Origin: Candidatus Altiarchaeota archaeon
GTDB lineage: Archaea > Altiarchaeota > Altiarchaeia > IMC4 > QMZM01
DNA length: 49,976 bases
Direction: 5' to 3'
NCBI GenBank assembly: GCA_016931955.1
Contig: JAFGDV010000029.1
Span: 1 to 49,976, forward strand
Both the position numbers and the translations under genes were made by a program. Positions 37,305 through 45,462 of this stretch are shown in pieces. Each line of letters opens with the position of its first letter. Positions within the stretch are counted from its first letter, which is position 1. Under the pieces are notes generated by a model that did no database searches, was not told where the DNA came from, and saw nothing but the letters and a program-made list of their open reading frames with translations.

Positions 37305-38081
37305 TCATACCTTCAGCTTAGATACTACCCAGAGGCTTATCAGGGCTGTCAGAAAAATCACGCCCTCGATCACTGGGACGGAATATCCAAAACCAAGCAT
37401 CGCAACCGCCAGGGAATCAACAAGCGAATGGAATAATATCGCTATTAGGAGAAATATCTTTCTGTTCTGGATGAAGCATTGCAAAACGATTAAGGTAAGA
37501 GCCAGGTGCAAGACTATAGTAAAGACTCTCTCCATGGCACCGAAGAGCGGATCGTACCAGTTTATAGCTGTTATCTGTTCCTTTGCCTGCTCTATCTGCT
37601 CCAGCTGCTCCTGGCTAAGTTGGCCGGTTGCGTTCAAACTCTGCATATCCATGTTGGGGAGAACGATCACATTTATCAGGGAGAATATCACCAAAATTCC
37701 GACAGCGAATGATTCGACACCTCCCCAGCCGGCACCGAACATAAGGCCTTCTTTCCACGTTCTCGCCTTCTTTATTATGTATCTAAAGCTAAGGTATCTG
37801 CCGATCTCCTCGAAAAGCCCCGCTAAGATACCAAGGAGAGCAGCATTTAGCAAGATCATCTCCGTCTGCGGCAGCTGGAGCAGAAGGGATTTTGCAGGAT
37901 CATTTATCAACCAGAGAAATCCTATGTGCAGGACCTGGACTGCGATAAATATCAATGCCCCCCAGCCTGCCAATTTCCAGCTTGTCCTGAATTTTCTTAT
38001 CAGGTAGTAAACCAGCAGCAGAGGCAACATGATGTCGACCAGGATCGCCAGTATGAATGCTACTATCAGTGCCGTGTCCAT
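37305..38081 (-). CDS. YhfC family intramembrane glutamic protease (PrsW/CPBP clan)
   Basis: AGLFEEIGR, FGAGWGGVES, ER...LH, AILFHSLVD; multiple TMs. Confidence 0.85.
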   Translation of the reverse strand: MDTALIVAFILAILVDIMLPLLLVYYLIRKFRTSWKLAGWGALIFIAVQVLHIGFLWLINDPAKSLLLQLPQTEMILLNAALLGILAGLFEEIGRYLSFRYIIKKARTWKEGLMFGAGWGGVESFAVGILVIFSLINVIVLPNMDMQSLNATGQLSQEQLEQIEQAKEQITAINWYDPLFGAMERVFTIVLHLALTLIVLQCFIQNRKIFLLIAILFHSLVDSLAVAMLGFGYSVPVIEGVIFLTALISLWVVSKLKV

Positions 38082-38155
38082 TTTTCCTTGGTTAGATCTT
38101 CGTAGATCCCCTTCATTTCGCGTTTAGGATATTAGAGAAGGAGGTTAAAAGTAGG

Positions 38156-38656
38156 CTATGCGATGTATGTTGTATCTGATCTGGCGAAGTCTCTAACCAG
38201 CTCTACTGGCGGAAACTCCTGAGGCATCCAGCCGTATTCGGGATATATGAGCTCGGGAAGAAAGCTGCCCATGTCAGCCGCCAACCCTGTGACCTCATGT
38301 TTTTCTCCGAATATTTGCCGGCTGATCTCGTAGGTCCTTCTCCTGGTCAATCCTTCATCCACTAGGCCGAGACTGTGCAGGTACTCATGTAGGAGGACAT
38401 GGAAGACGTATGGCTTATAAAGCTCGGGCTTCTTCTTCACTATCCTGTCCAGCATGGTCCTATTCACGACGATTATGTTGGAATCCAGGGGATAGAAGGC
38501 TCCTATGAATCCATGACTGCCCACACCTAGTTCAGAGAGTCCTAACATTAGACCAGCCCTGGACCTGCCTGTTGTCTTCCTAACCGCTTCCTTAACCAGC
38601 TCGAAGACATCCGACAGCGAACCGGATGACTCCAGTTCAGCAAGGAATTCTTCCAT
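38156..38656 (-). CDS. Hypothetical zincin-like metallopeptidase
   Basis: VLLHEYLHSLG (HExxH) motif. Confidence 0.7.
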   Translation of the reverse strand: MEEFLAELESSGSLSDVFELVKEAVRKTTGRSRAGLMLGLSELGVGSHGFIGAFYPLDSNIIVVNRTMLDRIVKKKPELYKPYVFHVLLHEYLHSLGLVDEGLTRRRTYEISRQIFGEKHEVTGLAADMGSFLPELIYPEYGWMPQEFPPVELVRDFARSDTTYIA

Positions 38657-38711
38657 AGAGTAAATAGCGTATCGCAGGTATTTAAATTACGACAATCGAC
38701 GAATTCTGTTC

Positions 38712-41390
38712 TTATCCCAAAACCCTTGCAGAAGAATAATCATTATGGCATTTAGGGATATAGATCTTGACGTACCTGAAATCCCCTGGAACAGTAAGGG
38801 TTTTATTGTAGGTGGATTTAGGAGTCCATGTCTCCTGAGTCACCTTCGAAGTATGGAATAGACTCCAGTCCTCCCCCCCAACTGAGTAATACACATACAT
38901 AGTAGACGTGCAGCCTTCATACTGTCCCGGCCTGTATTCTATCCAGACATTTGAATCCGCATTAAAGACACTTCCGAGGTCGTGGACATGCGACTCCAGA
39001 TAACAACAGCAACAATCCCTCACATAGCCCTTATCCCCTGGAGGCCAACCACAATTAAGCGCGGCACTTTCAGGCTCAGACCAACCCAACCCATTATTAC
39101 AAACATCAAAACCGACATCATATTCCCTCGGGGTCGTATCGATCCTGCACACCCCGTCATCGCAGATGTATCCGCTTCTGCAACCACAGTCCTGAGGACA
39201 GATTAGGCAGTTTTCATCATCATCGCACAGCCTATCACCGCAGTCCTCACTTCTGTTTTTCTTGAGGGTTGCTGCAATTATTACAGAATAGGGGTAATCG
39301 TCATTCCAGGAATCGCTTATCTCAATTGAGGCTATTCCCTTATCCCTCGGATTCTGGAATCTCAACTCATACATCTTCGCATTTCTACCCCATGAATCAT
39401 CTGGTCTGCAAGGATTCCCCGTCGCAACATGAACAATCTTATAATTGTCCTTCTTGTATGATGCGGCCGCAGAATTGTCCCAGTGTATATCTCCAGAGAC
39501 AGTGAATGATGTTAGATCTGCATAATTGAATTTAACAGAGATAGTTGTTACACCATTATTCTGGGTATTGCCGATATTCCCTTGAGCGTATAGATGAACC
39601 TCTGAAAAGCTGCCGTTTATGGGTACCAGAACCCTTGAGTCGTTTCTCAGATCCATAATCCCATAGGATGCCTGATATAGAAGCGGGTTGTCAACATCGA
39701 AAGGTATTCCATTTACATTAATTACTCCAGAAAAACAATTCGTTCCTGGACCATCACCCTTGAAGAATCTATAGTCTTTCCTCAAAAGCCAGAATTCAGT
39801 GTCCTTCTGGGTCCATGGATCGAGTGAGCAGTCCTCTGGGCAGATAAGCTCCTCTTGGATCTCACAGACCTCATTTCCACACTGTGGACTGTATTCAACA
39901 CATCCACCATCATCACAATAAAAATTTGACTTGCACTTACAATCACTGATGCAGTTAAGACAGTTCTCATCCTCATCACATAATCCATCACCGCAGGATG
40001 GTTCTTTCTCACATTCTCCGTCGTCGCAGACGTATCCGCTTCTGCAACCACAGTCACTTGGACAGTTCAGGCAGTTCTCTCCAGCCCCACAGTATCCATC
40101 ACCACAAGGCTTTTTAAGATAGACCGACGACTCAGTATCTTCATAATATACATAATCAGTTTCTTCAGAATAGCCCTCTTTTGCTATCTCCAATTTTAGG
40201 CTCCCCAGGGGAAGACCCTCAAAAACAACCTCGCCCACATCATCCGTGAAACCTACAACAACCAGCTCACCGTCGTAGCCACTATATACTCCAACACTGG
40301 CATTGTAGACCTCATCATGAGTCTCGTAGTCCAAAACCCTGACCGTCAAAGTTTTCTTATCCCGCCAAGTCTTTTCTTCCCCGTTCAGTTCCACTGAAAA
40401 GATCAAGTCTACAGCCCTCTCCCGTACATTGTCGCCGTCAATTCCTTTCGAGTACGCCATAACAGTGACGCTATAATCCCCCACCCCCCTCTCCAATACC
40501 ATCATAGACGCCATAGGTATCATAGAATAACCAGAGGACTGTTCCTTAAGGCAGGCTTCCTTACCGTCTCTCTCCACGACTGTTCCCTCAAAGCAGAAAT
40601 CAGAGCTAGTAGCCTGATTCTGTGCAAATAATAGGTAATCGCCTACTTCGTCTCCTAAAACAAAGGCATAGATCAGTTTATCCTCGCCAGACTCTAAACC
40701 ACTCATCCACCCCTCAGCATACACTCGTCTATTAGATCCAATCTTTTCACTGAAGTCAACGGCTTCTTTAAGAAAATCCCCGAAACCCTCTGCACCATAG
40801 CTGTTACCTAACAGGGACGTGCAGTCCCTTACGCCACTGTCACGGCTCCAAGAATAACCCTCCTGGAAACCCATGACGACCACTCCACTGGAGTACTCCC
40901 AAGCACAAAGCGGTTCAGAATACCCACCCTCTGACTTGATAACATAAAAGGTCTTACCGTCCACAACCTTCTCTTCAACCTCTAATTCTGAATCAGGGTA
41001 GGAATAACCAAGGGGCAGCTTCGTGAAAGCCTGGATTAACTCATTTATACCCTTTCCTGTCTCTAGATAGAGGATATAGGCTGTTGAGTCATCTTCATAG
41101 GAAACAACAGCCATATTAGCGTTTTTAACATCCCTTAGGTATCTTCCACCCAACATTTCGCCAACGAGGGAAGACAGCTCCTGAAATAAATCCCCGTGAG
41201 CCCGTATATAGATGACGCTCTTAAGACCGTCATCTGGAAGATAAGTCAATAAGCTATAATCGATGCCTTCACGGGTAGTAAAAAAACCAGAAAGATATAA
41301 GATAGAAATGATTCCAACGACGGCTAAAAACAAGATCAAATTTGATGACGTCTTATCAAGACCCGATTCCTTGATCACGGCTTCTGTCAT
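38712..41390 (-). CDS. Large membrane-anchored surface protein with Cys-rich repeats
   Basis: N-terminal TM, carboxypeptidase-regulatory-like segment (TDDVGEVVF..AKEGY), four CG..C...E.C..CP.DC-type repeats. Confidence 0.75.
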   Translation of the reverse strand: MTEAVIKESGLDKTSSNLILFLAVVGIISILYLSGFFTTREGIDYSLLTYLPDDGLKSVIYIRAHGDLFQELSSLVGEMLGGRYLRDVKNANMAVVSYEDDSTAYILYLETGKGINELIQAFTKLPLGYSYPDSELEVEEKVVDGKTFYVIKSEGGYSEPLCAWEYSSGVVVMGFQEGYSWSRDSGVRDCTSLLGNSYGAEGFGDFLKEAVDFSEKIGSNRRVYAEGWMSGLESGEDKLIYAFVLGDEVGDYLLFAQNQATSSDFCFEGTVVERDGKEACLKEQSSGYSMIPMASMMVLERGVGDYSVTVMAYSKGIDGDNVRERAVDLIFSVELNGEEKTWRDKKTLTVRVLDYETHDEVYNASVGVYSGYDGELVVVGFTDDVGEVVFEGLPLGSLKLEIAKEGYSEETDYVYYEDTESSVYLKKPCGDGYCGAGENCLNCPSDCGCRSGYVCDDGECEKEPSCGDGLCDEDENCLNCISDCKCKSNFYCDDGGCVEYSPQCGNEVCEIQEELICPEDCSLDPWTQKDTEFWLLRKDYRFFKGDGPGTNCFSGVINVNGIPFDVDNPLLYQASYGIMDLRNDSRVLVPINGSFSEVHLYAQGNIGNTQNNGVTTISVKFNYADLTSFTVSGDIHWDNSAAASYKKDNYKIVHVATGNPCRPDDSWGRNAKMYELRFQNPRDKGIASIEISDSWNDDYPYSVIIAATLKKNRSEDCGDRLCDDDENCLICPQDCGCRSGYICDDGVCRIDTTPREYDVGFDVCNNGLGWSEPESAALNCGWPPGDKGYVRDCCCCYLESHVHDLGSVFNADSNVWIEYRPGQYEGCTSTMYVYYSVGGEDWSLFHTSKVTQETWTPKSTYNKTLTVPGDFRYVKIYIPKCHNDYSSARVLG

Positions 41391-41402
41391 CTTGAAAAGA
41401 TA

Positions 41403-41999
41403 TTAAACGTCTGTTGTATAAATACCTTTGGTCAACAGGCCTCTGTAGATTACTGATGGTAGTAGAACGCTAACCAGCAGGCTTTCTATAAATAAGAGAG
41501 AAACCCATGTTTCAGGTATCCTGGGTAGGGTTCCATAGACGTAGTCTGAGACGTCGTTGAGGACGAAGAATAAAGCGACTAAAAGGGTTGATGAGCGGGT
41601 TGGACGGAACAGGTTAAGAAGAACAAGAGACTCCAAAGCCATGCCAACGTGCATCGGCAGAATCAAGCCATATACAACAGGATTGATGGAAAAAAAATAA
41701 TCAAAATGCAATAATACGACAATAACCGTCCAGACACCGTACTTGAACAGACCCACAGAGGTTATGAACTTCAACACGTCAGGTAATGGTCTGCTCAGTA
41801 ACTCAAACAAGAGGATGATCGCGAATAAGAGAACATAGAGCGGGCAGTCAATGACAACCAGCCACAGCCACTGAGGGGTTTCATCGAGCTGAGGCATATA
41901 GTAGTAGACACCAAAGAGGAAGCCAAGGAAATTCAAGAGGATCAGAAACAAAAGAAGAGGCTTGCTCTCAAGTATTCCCTTACCCAGATAGGAGATCAT
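41403..41999 (-). CDS. DUF1405 membrane protein
   Basis: N.LG.LFG..YY..QL, DCP, KYG.WT, H..M, ND..DY. Confidence 0.8.
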   Translation of the reverse strand: MISYLGKGILESKPLLLFLILLNFLGFLFGVYYYMPQLDETPQWLWLVVIDCPLYVLLFAIILLFELLSRPLPDVLKFITSVGLFKYGVWTVIVVLLHFDYFFSINPVVYGLILPMHVGMALESLVLLNLFRPTRSSTLLVALFFVLNDVSDYVYGTLPRIPETWVSLLFIESLLVSVLLPSVIYRGLLTKGIYTTDV

Positions 42000-42472
42000 T
42001 TTTTTATCTCCTTAGCCGGTACGCCGCCAAAAAAAGAGTTGGCTGGAACGTCCGTGTTTACGAGAGAGCACGCTGATATCCTCGCATTATCACCTACCTC
42101 AACCCCAGGCAGAATTAAAGCCTTCGCGCCTATTAGAACGTTCCTTCCAATCCTAACCCTGCCCTTCCGGAGTTCATCCACGAGGAACTCATGCGCAAGG
42201 ATCGCTGCATTATAGCCGATGACGGAGTTTTCGCCCACCTCTATCAGCTCCGGGAAAAATATGTCGAAGACAGCACCCAAGCCGACTGAGACGTTTCTCC
42301 CAACTTTGATGCCTATAAGCCTGTAGAGCATGTTCTTCAGCTCCAGAGAGGGGATATACCTGCAACCATATATCACAAGAAAATTAAGGACCACCCTGAG
42401 GGGGTTTCTGTAAACATACCACCTCCTGAGTGGATTCACATCCCCGCTTTTACGGATTTCAAGATCCCTCAT
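41996..42472 (-). CDS. Hexapeptide-repeat acyltransferase
   Basis: DIFFPELI.VG.N..IG, ILAHEF, LPGVEVG, GVPA. Confidence 0.88.
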   Translation of the reverse strand: MRDLEIRKSGDVNPLRRWYVYRNPLRVVLNFLVIYGCRYIPSLELKNMLYRLIGIKVGRNVSVGLGAVFDIFFPELIEVGENSVIGYNAAILAHEFLVDELRKGRVRIGRNVLIGAKALILPGVEVGDNARISACSLVNTDVPANSFFGGVPAKEIKK

Positions 42473-42478
42473 TTCAGT

Positions 42479-43471
42479 CTATGCGCTAAGCAGATCCTCG
42501 TATATGCCCTTCAGTTTCGCCCCAACCTGCTGCAGAGAATGCTCTTTGACCATCTCGTGGGCGTTGTCCGCCAGTTTTTTCCTCAGAGACTCGTCCTCGA
42601 ACAGCATCCCAAGCTTCTGCTTAAATTCCTCGTCTGTTCTCGCCTTCAAGCAGTCAACGCCGTCCGTCAGCCAGTTCTCATATACCGGGATGTCTCTCAC
42701 GATGATGGGTCTCCTGCAGGCAGCCGCTTCCAGGATCACAATACCCTGGTTCTCGCAGAAAGAAGGGAAAAAGAAGACGTCAGTGCCACAGTATGCTGAA
42801 ACTATATCCTCTATGAAATTGATGAATGTTACATTCGATGGAGCGTCTTTCACGATCCATGAAACCTCCGGCTCCTCCAGGCGCACGTACCGTCTTCCAA
42901 CCCATATGAAGCGGTTGCTGAATTCCCTGGCAACATTCACATACGTCTTAATGCCTTTGCGGATGAACAGGTGGCCGACGCATAATGGGGTAATACTATC
43001 CAATGAATACTCATTTCTGAATTTCTCTCTTTTCTCCTCGGAGAACTGGAACTTGTTCAAATCTATACCATTACTTATCGGCACAATTGGTTTCTTTATC
43101 CCGTACCTTAGCAACACATTCTTGGTGTACTCTGAAGGACAGAGGACCAGATCAGCCTGATTATAGTAGTAGGCCAAGTATCTTCTCAGGAAGGGAGCGA
43201 TGACGTTACTGAACCGGTAGCTGTTCCTGAAGTCGTCTGCGGTCACATGAGCGTGAACGACGATCTTCCTGCCCTTCCGCCTCATCCTCCTAGCAAGATG
43301 GAGGGATTTCAAACCGATGAGGTTGAGGTGCAGGATGTCGAAATCGTCGCTGAGGTCGCTCGTATGCTCCACATTGTTTAGATCAAGAGCACTCCGCTGG
43401 TTTTTTATGGCAGACGATATACCGCTAGCCTTAAGCTGGTTTTCCATCTCAAGGTAGAGACATGCCTTCAT
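42479..43471 (-). CDS. GT4 glycosyltransferase (CpoA/diglycosyl-lipid synthase-like)
   Basis: SGI.SA..NQ..AL, HAHVT..DF..S, ENQGIVILEA. Confidence 0.88.
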   Translation of the reverse strand: MKACLYLEMENQLKASGISSAIKNQRSALDLNNVEHTSDLSDDFDILHLNLIGLKSLHLARRMRRKGRKIVVHAHVTADDFRNSYRFSNVIAPFLRRYLAYYYNQADLVLCPSEYTKNVLLRYGIKKPIVPISNGIDLNKFQFSEEKREKFRNEYSLDSITPLCVGHLFIRKGIKTYVNVAREFSNRFIWVGRRYVRLEEPEVSWIVKDAPSNVTFINFIEDIVSAYCGTDVFFFPSFCENQGIVILEAAACRRPIIVRDIPVYENWLTDGVDCLKARTDEEFKQKLGMLFEDESLRKKLADNAHEMVKEHSLQQVGAKLKGIYEDLLSA

Positions 43472-43611
43472 TTTCTAATGCGCTGCCCCCTTAAACAAAG
43501 CCTGCAGACACCTTCTCCGCTTATGTAACAATGGGAACAAACCCGCCTGCCACAGAGCGTACAAGTGTATAATGAACCAATAGAACCGCAGATGTCGCAT
43601 AATCCTTTCAT
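43468..43611 (-). CDS. 47-aa zinc-finger microprotein (4 x CxxC), absent from the ORF track
   Basis: Manual translation MKGLCDICGSIGSLYTCTLCGRRVCSHCYISGEGVCRLCLRGQRIRK; stop overlaps the GT start (ATGA). Confidence 0.8.
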   Translation of the reverse strand: MKGLCDICGSIGSLYTCTLCGRRVCSHCYISGEGVCRLCLRGQRIRK

Positions 43612-43617
43612 TCTGGT

Positions 43618-44040
43618 TCAAGAAGCCTTCTTAAACTCCAGCTTTTTGGGCTCCATCTCTATCCTTGGGAGTCTTATCGGTACTGGAAGTCTGAGCTTCT
43701 TTGATAATTCTATGATTTCCAGGAGGGATTCTCTGACAATTGACGAAGTCACTTCTTTGACGACTTCGGATTCAAGCTTTATCGTGTCCTTCTTCACAGT
43801 CACCATTTTATTCAGATCCTTTTCACTGTACCAGAGGGTGCCCTCTATCTTCATGCTCCCGAGGTTTGGCTCATACCCCACCTCAAACCTGAAGCTGACG
43901 TTAAGGAAGTCTCCGATGTTCGGATTATTATCCATCTTCAAAGAGAGTATGGCAAAATTTGACTTAATGTCTACGCTCTTAGCCTCTTCGCCCGTCCTCG
44001 ACCCCTCTAACCTATCAATCCTATAGTTTATCGTTGGCAT
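43618..44040 (-). CDS. Conserved archaeal hypothetical protein, possibly SecB-like fold
   Basis: Beta-rich F.FEV.YEP..G...IEG and C-terminal L.LP.PI.LP pattern; GAGGTG SD. Confidence 0.6.
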   Translation of the reverse strand: MPTINYRIDRLEGSRTGEEAKSVDIKSNFAILSLKMDNNPNIGDFLNVSFRFEVGYEPNLGSMKIEGTLWYSEKDLNKMVTVKKDTIKLESEVVKEVTSSIVRESLLEIIELSKKLRLPVPIRLPRIEMEPKKLEFKKAS

Positions 44041-44094
44041 AGTATCACCTCACACATCTCTCCTTATTTATTGGACGTGAAAATAAAAAAATCA

Positions 44095-45129
44095 CTATGG
44101 ATGACCGCCTATTAAATCCAATCCATAGACCTCCTTGAAATCAAACATCAGATTCATGTTCTGCACCGCCTGACCCGAACCACCCTTTATGAGGTTGTCT
44201 AATGCGCAGAGTACAAGTATTCTACCAGAAACCGGGTCCAAGTTGACTCCTATGTCACAGAAGTTAGTATCAACGACATCACGAAGCTGAGGAACATTCT
44301 CGTCTCCACCATAGACGATCCTCACGAAGGGCTCCTTTCCGTAGAAGTTCCTGAAATTGTCTGACAGATCGACGTCAAGTTTCTCGGAGAATACGGTGAC
44401 AAAACTCATTATACCCCTCGCCATGTTTGCAACAGCTGGGGTGAAATAAAGCTTTAGGTCTTTCTTGAAAGTGTCCTTTAGGATGAACTCCATCTCAGGA
44501 AGGTGCCTGTGGAACAAAACCTTGTAGGGTTTAACGGTGCCGCATGCCTCTGGGTGATGCAGGAACTCTGAAGGCTTAGCACCCGCACCAGAGGTGCCTG
44601 AAACCGAGGTGACTACAAGCCTATTCAGATCCAAGCTGTCCTTGAACTTTATCATAGGCAGCAGCGCAAGTAGTGCAGAGGTTGCGTAGCATCCAGGATT
44701 TGTGACGAACCGGGCCTTCTTTATTTTGCTCCTGTACAACTCAGGCAATCCATAAACCCGCTCATCCAGCAGAGCCTGATTCTCGTAGCCAGGATAGATC
44801 TTCGAATCCAGGGAAGCGTCTTGTATCCTGAACTTCCCACCCAGTGTTATGACCTTCACGCCCTTATCCAGTAAGTTGGGGATTTTTGCGAACCACTCAC
44901 TCTCCGGGGCCGCGAAAAAAACAATCTCCGAGTCAATGTCCTCGATATTAGGATTAACGAATGGGACATCAAGGATCCTGTAGAGGTTTCTATGCAGGGA
45001 GGAAACCGGTTTCCCAGCATATGTCCTTGAAGTGGGGATTAATTCTTCTACCCCTGGGTGGCGCACAAGAAGCCTCAACAGTTCACCACCCATGTAGCCT
45101 GACGCCCCAACTATTGTCGCCTTGACCAT
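44095..45129 (-). CDS. argC: N-acetyl-gamma-glutamyl-phosphate reductase (ArgC/LysY family)
   Basis: GASGYMGGEL, YGLPE, NPGCY, GTSGAG, HRHLPE, DNLIKGGSGQAVQNMN. Confidence 0.9.
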   Translation of the reverse strand: MVKATIVGASGYMGGELLRLLVRHPGVEELIPTSRTYAGKPVSSLHRNLYRILDVPFVNPNIEDIDSEIVFFAAPESEWFAKIPNLLDKGVKVITLGGKFRIQDASLDSKIYPGYENQALLDERVYGLPELYRSKIKKARFVTNPGCYATSALLALLPMIKFKDSLDLNRLVVTSVSGTSGAGAKPSEFLHHPEACGTVKPYKVLFHRHLPEMEFILKDTFKKDLKLYFTPAVANMARGIMSFVTVFSEKLDVDLSDNFRNFYGKEPFVRIVYGGDENVPQLRDVVDTNFCDIGVNLDPVSGRILVLCALDNLIKGGSGQAVQNMNLMFDFKEVYGLDLIGGHP

Positions 45130-45132
45130 TTT

Positions 45133-45336
45133 CTATTTGGTGGCTAATTTCACATCGTCGCCGTTAATTGTCTTCCTGTTGGCGTGTCTTGCAAACTTCG
45201 AAGCCTTCTCAGAAACCTGCTCCGCGATCTCCTCCAGGTAGTCCCGAAGCGCTTTAGTTGCCTCCTCACCAATCCTGACGTCGCCTCCAGCCCTTCTCAT
45301 GATCCTCTCAATAGGCGCAAGCGGTATATCTGCCAT
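45133..45336 (-). CDS. Archaeal histone (HMf family)
   Basis: IPLAPIERI..AG..RI, A.HANRKTI..DDV.LA; GGAGGT SD. Confidence 0.95.
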   Translation of the reverse strand: MADIPLAPIERIMRRAGGDVRIGEEATKALRDYLEEIAEQVSEKASKFARHANRKTINGDDVKLATK

Positions 45337-45462
45337 TTTCCACCTCCATATGTAGTGTTAATTAGAGGGCGTACTCCCATAAATACCTATTTTTATCGGT
45401 TAATGATAAATATTATAGTTGTCTGGTTCAATATAGTATAACACAGTCATTTGGTGATTTCA

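Noticed and set aside
37234-38007. 257-aa plus-strand ORF, and many similar antisense ORFs across the window
   Set aside because: Shadow ORFs opposite well-supported genes, with no recognisable motifs
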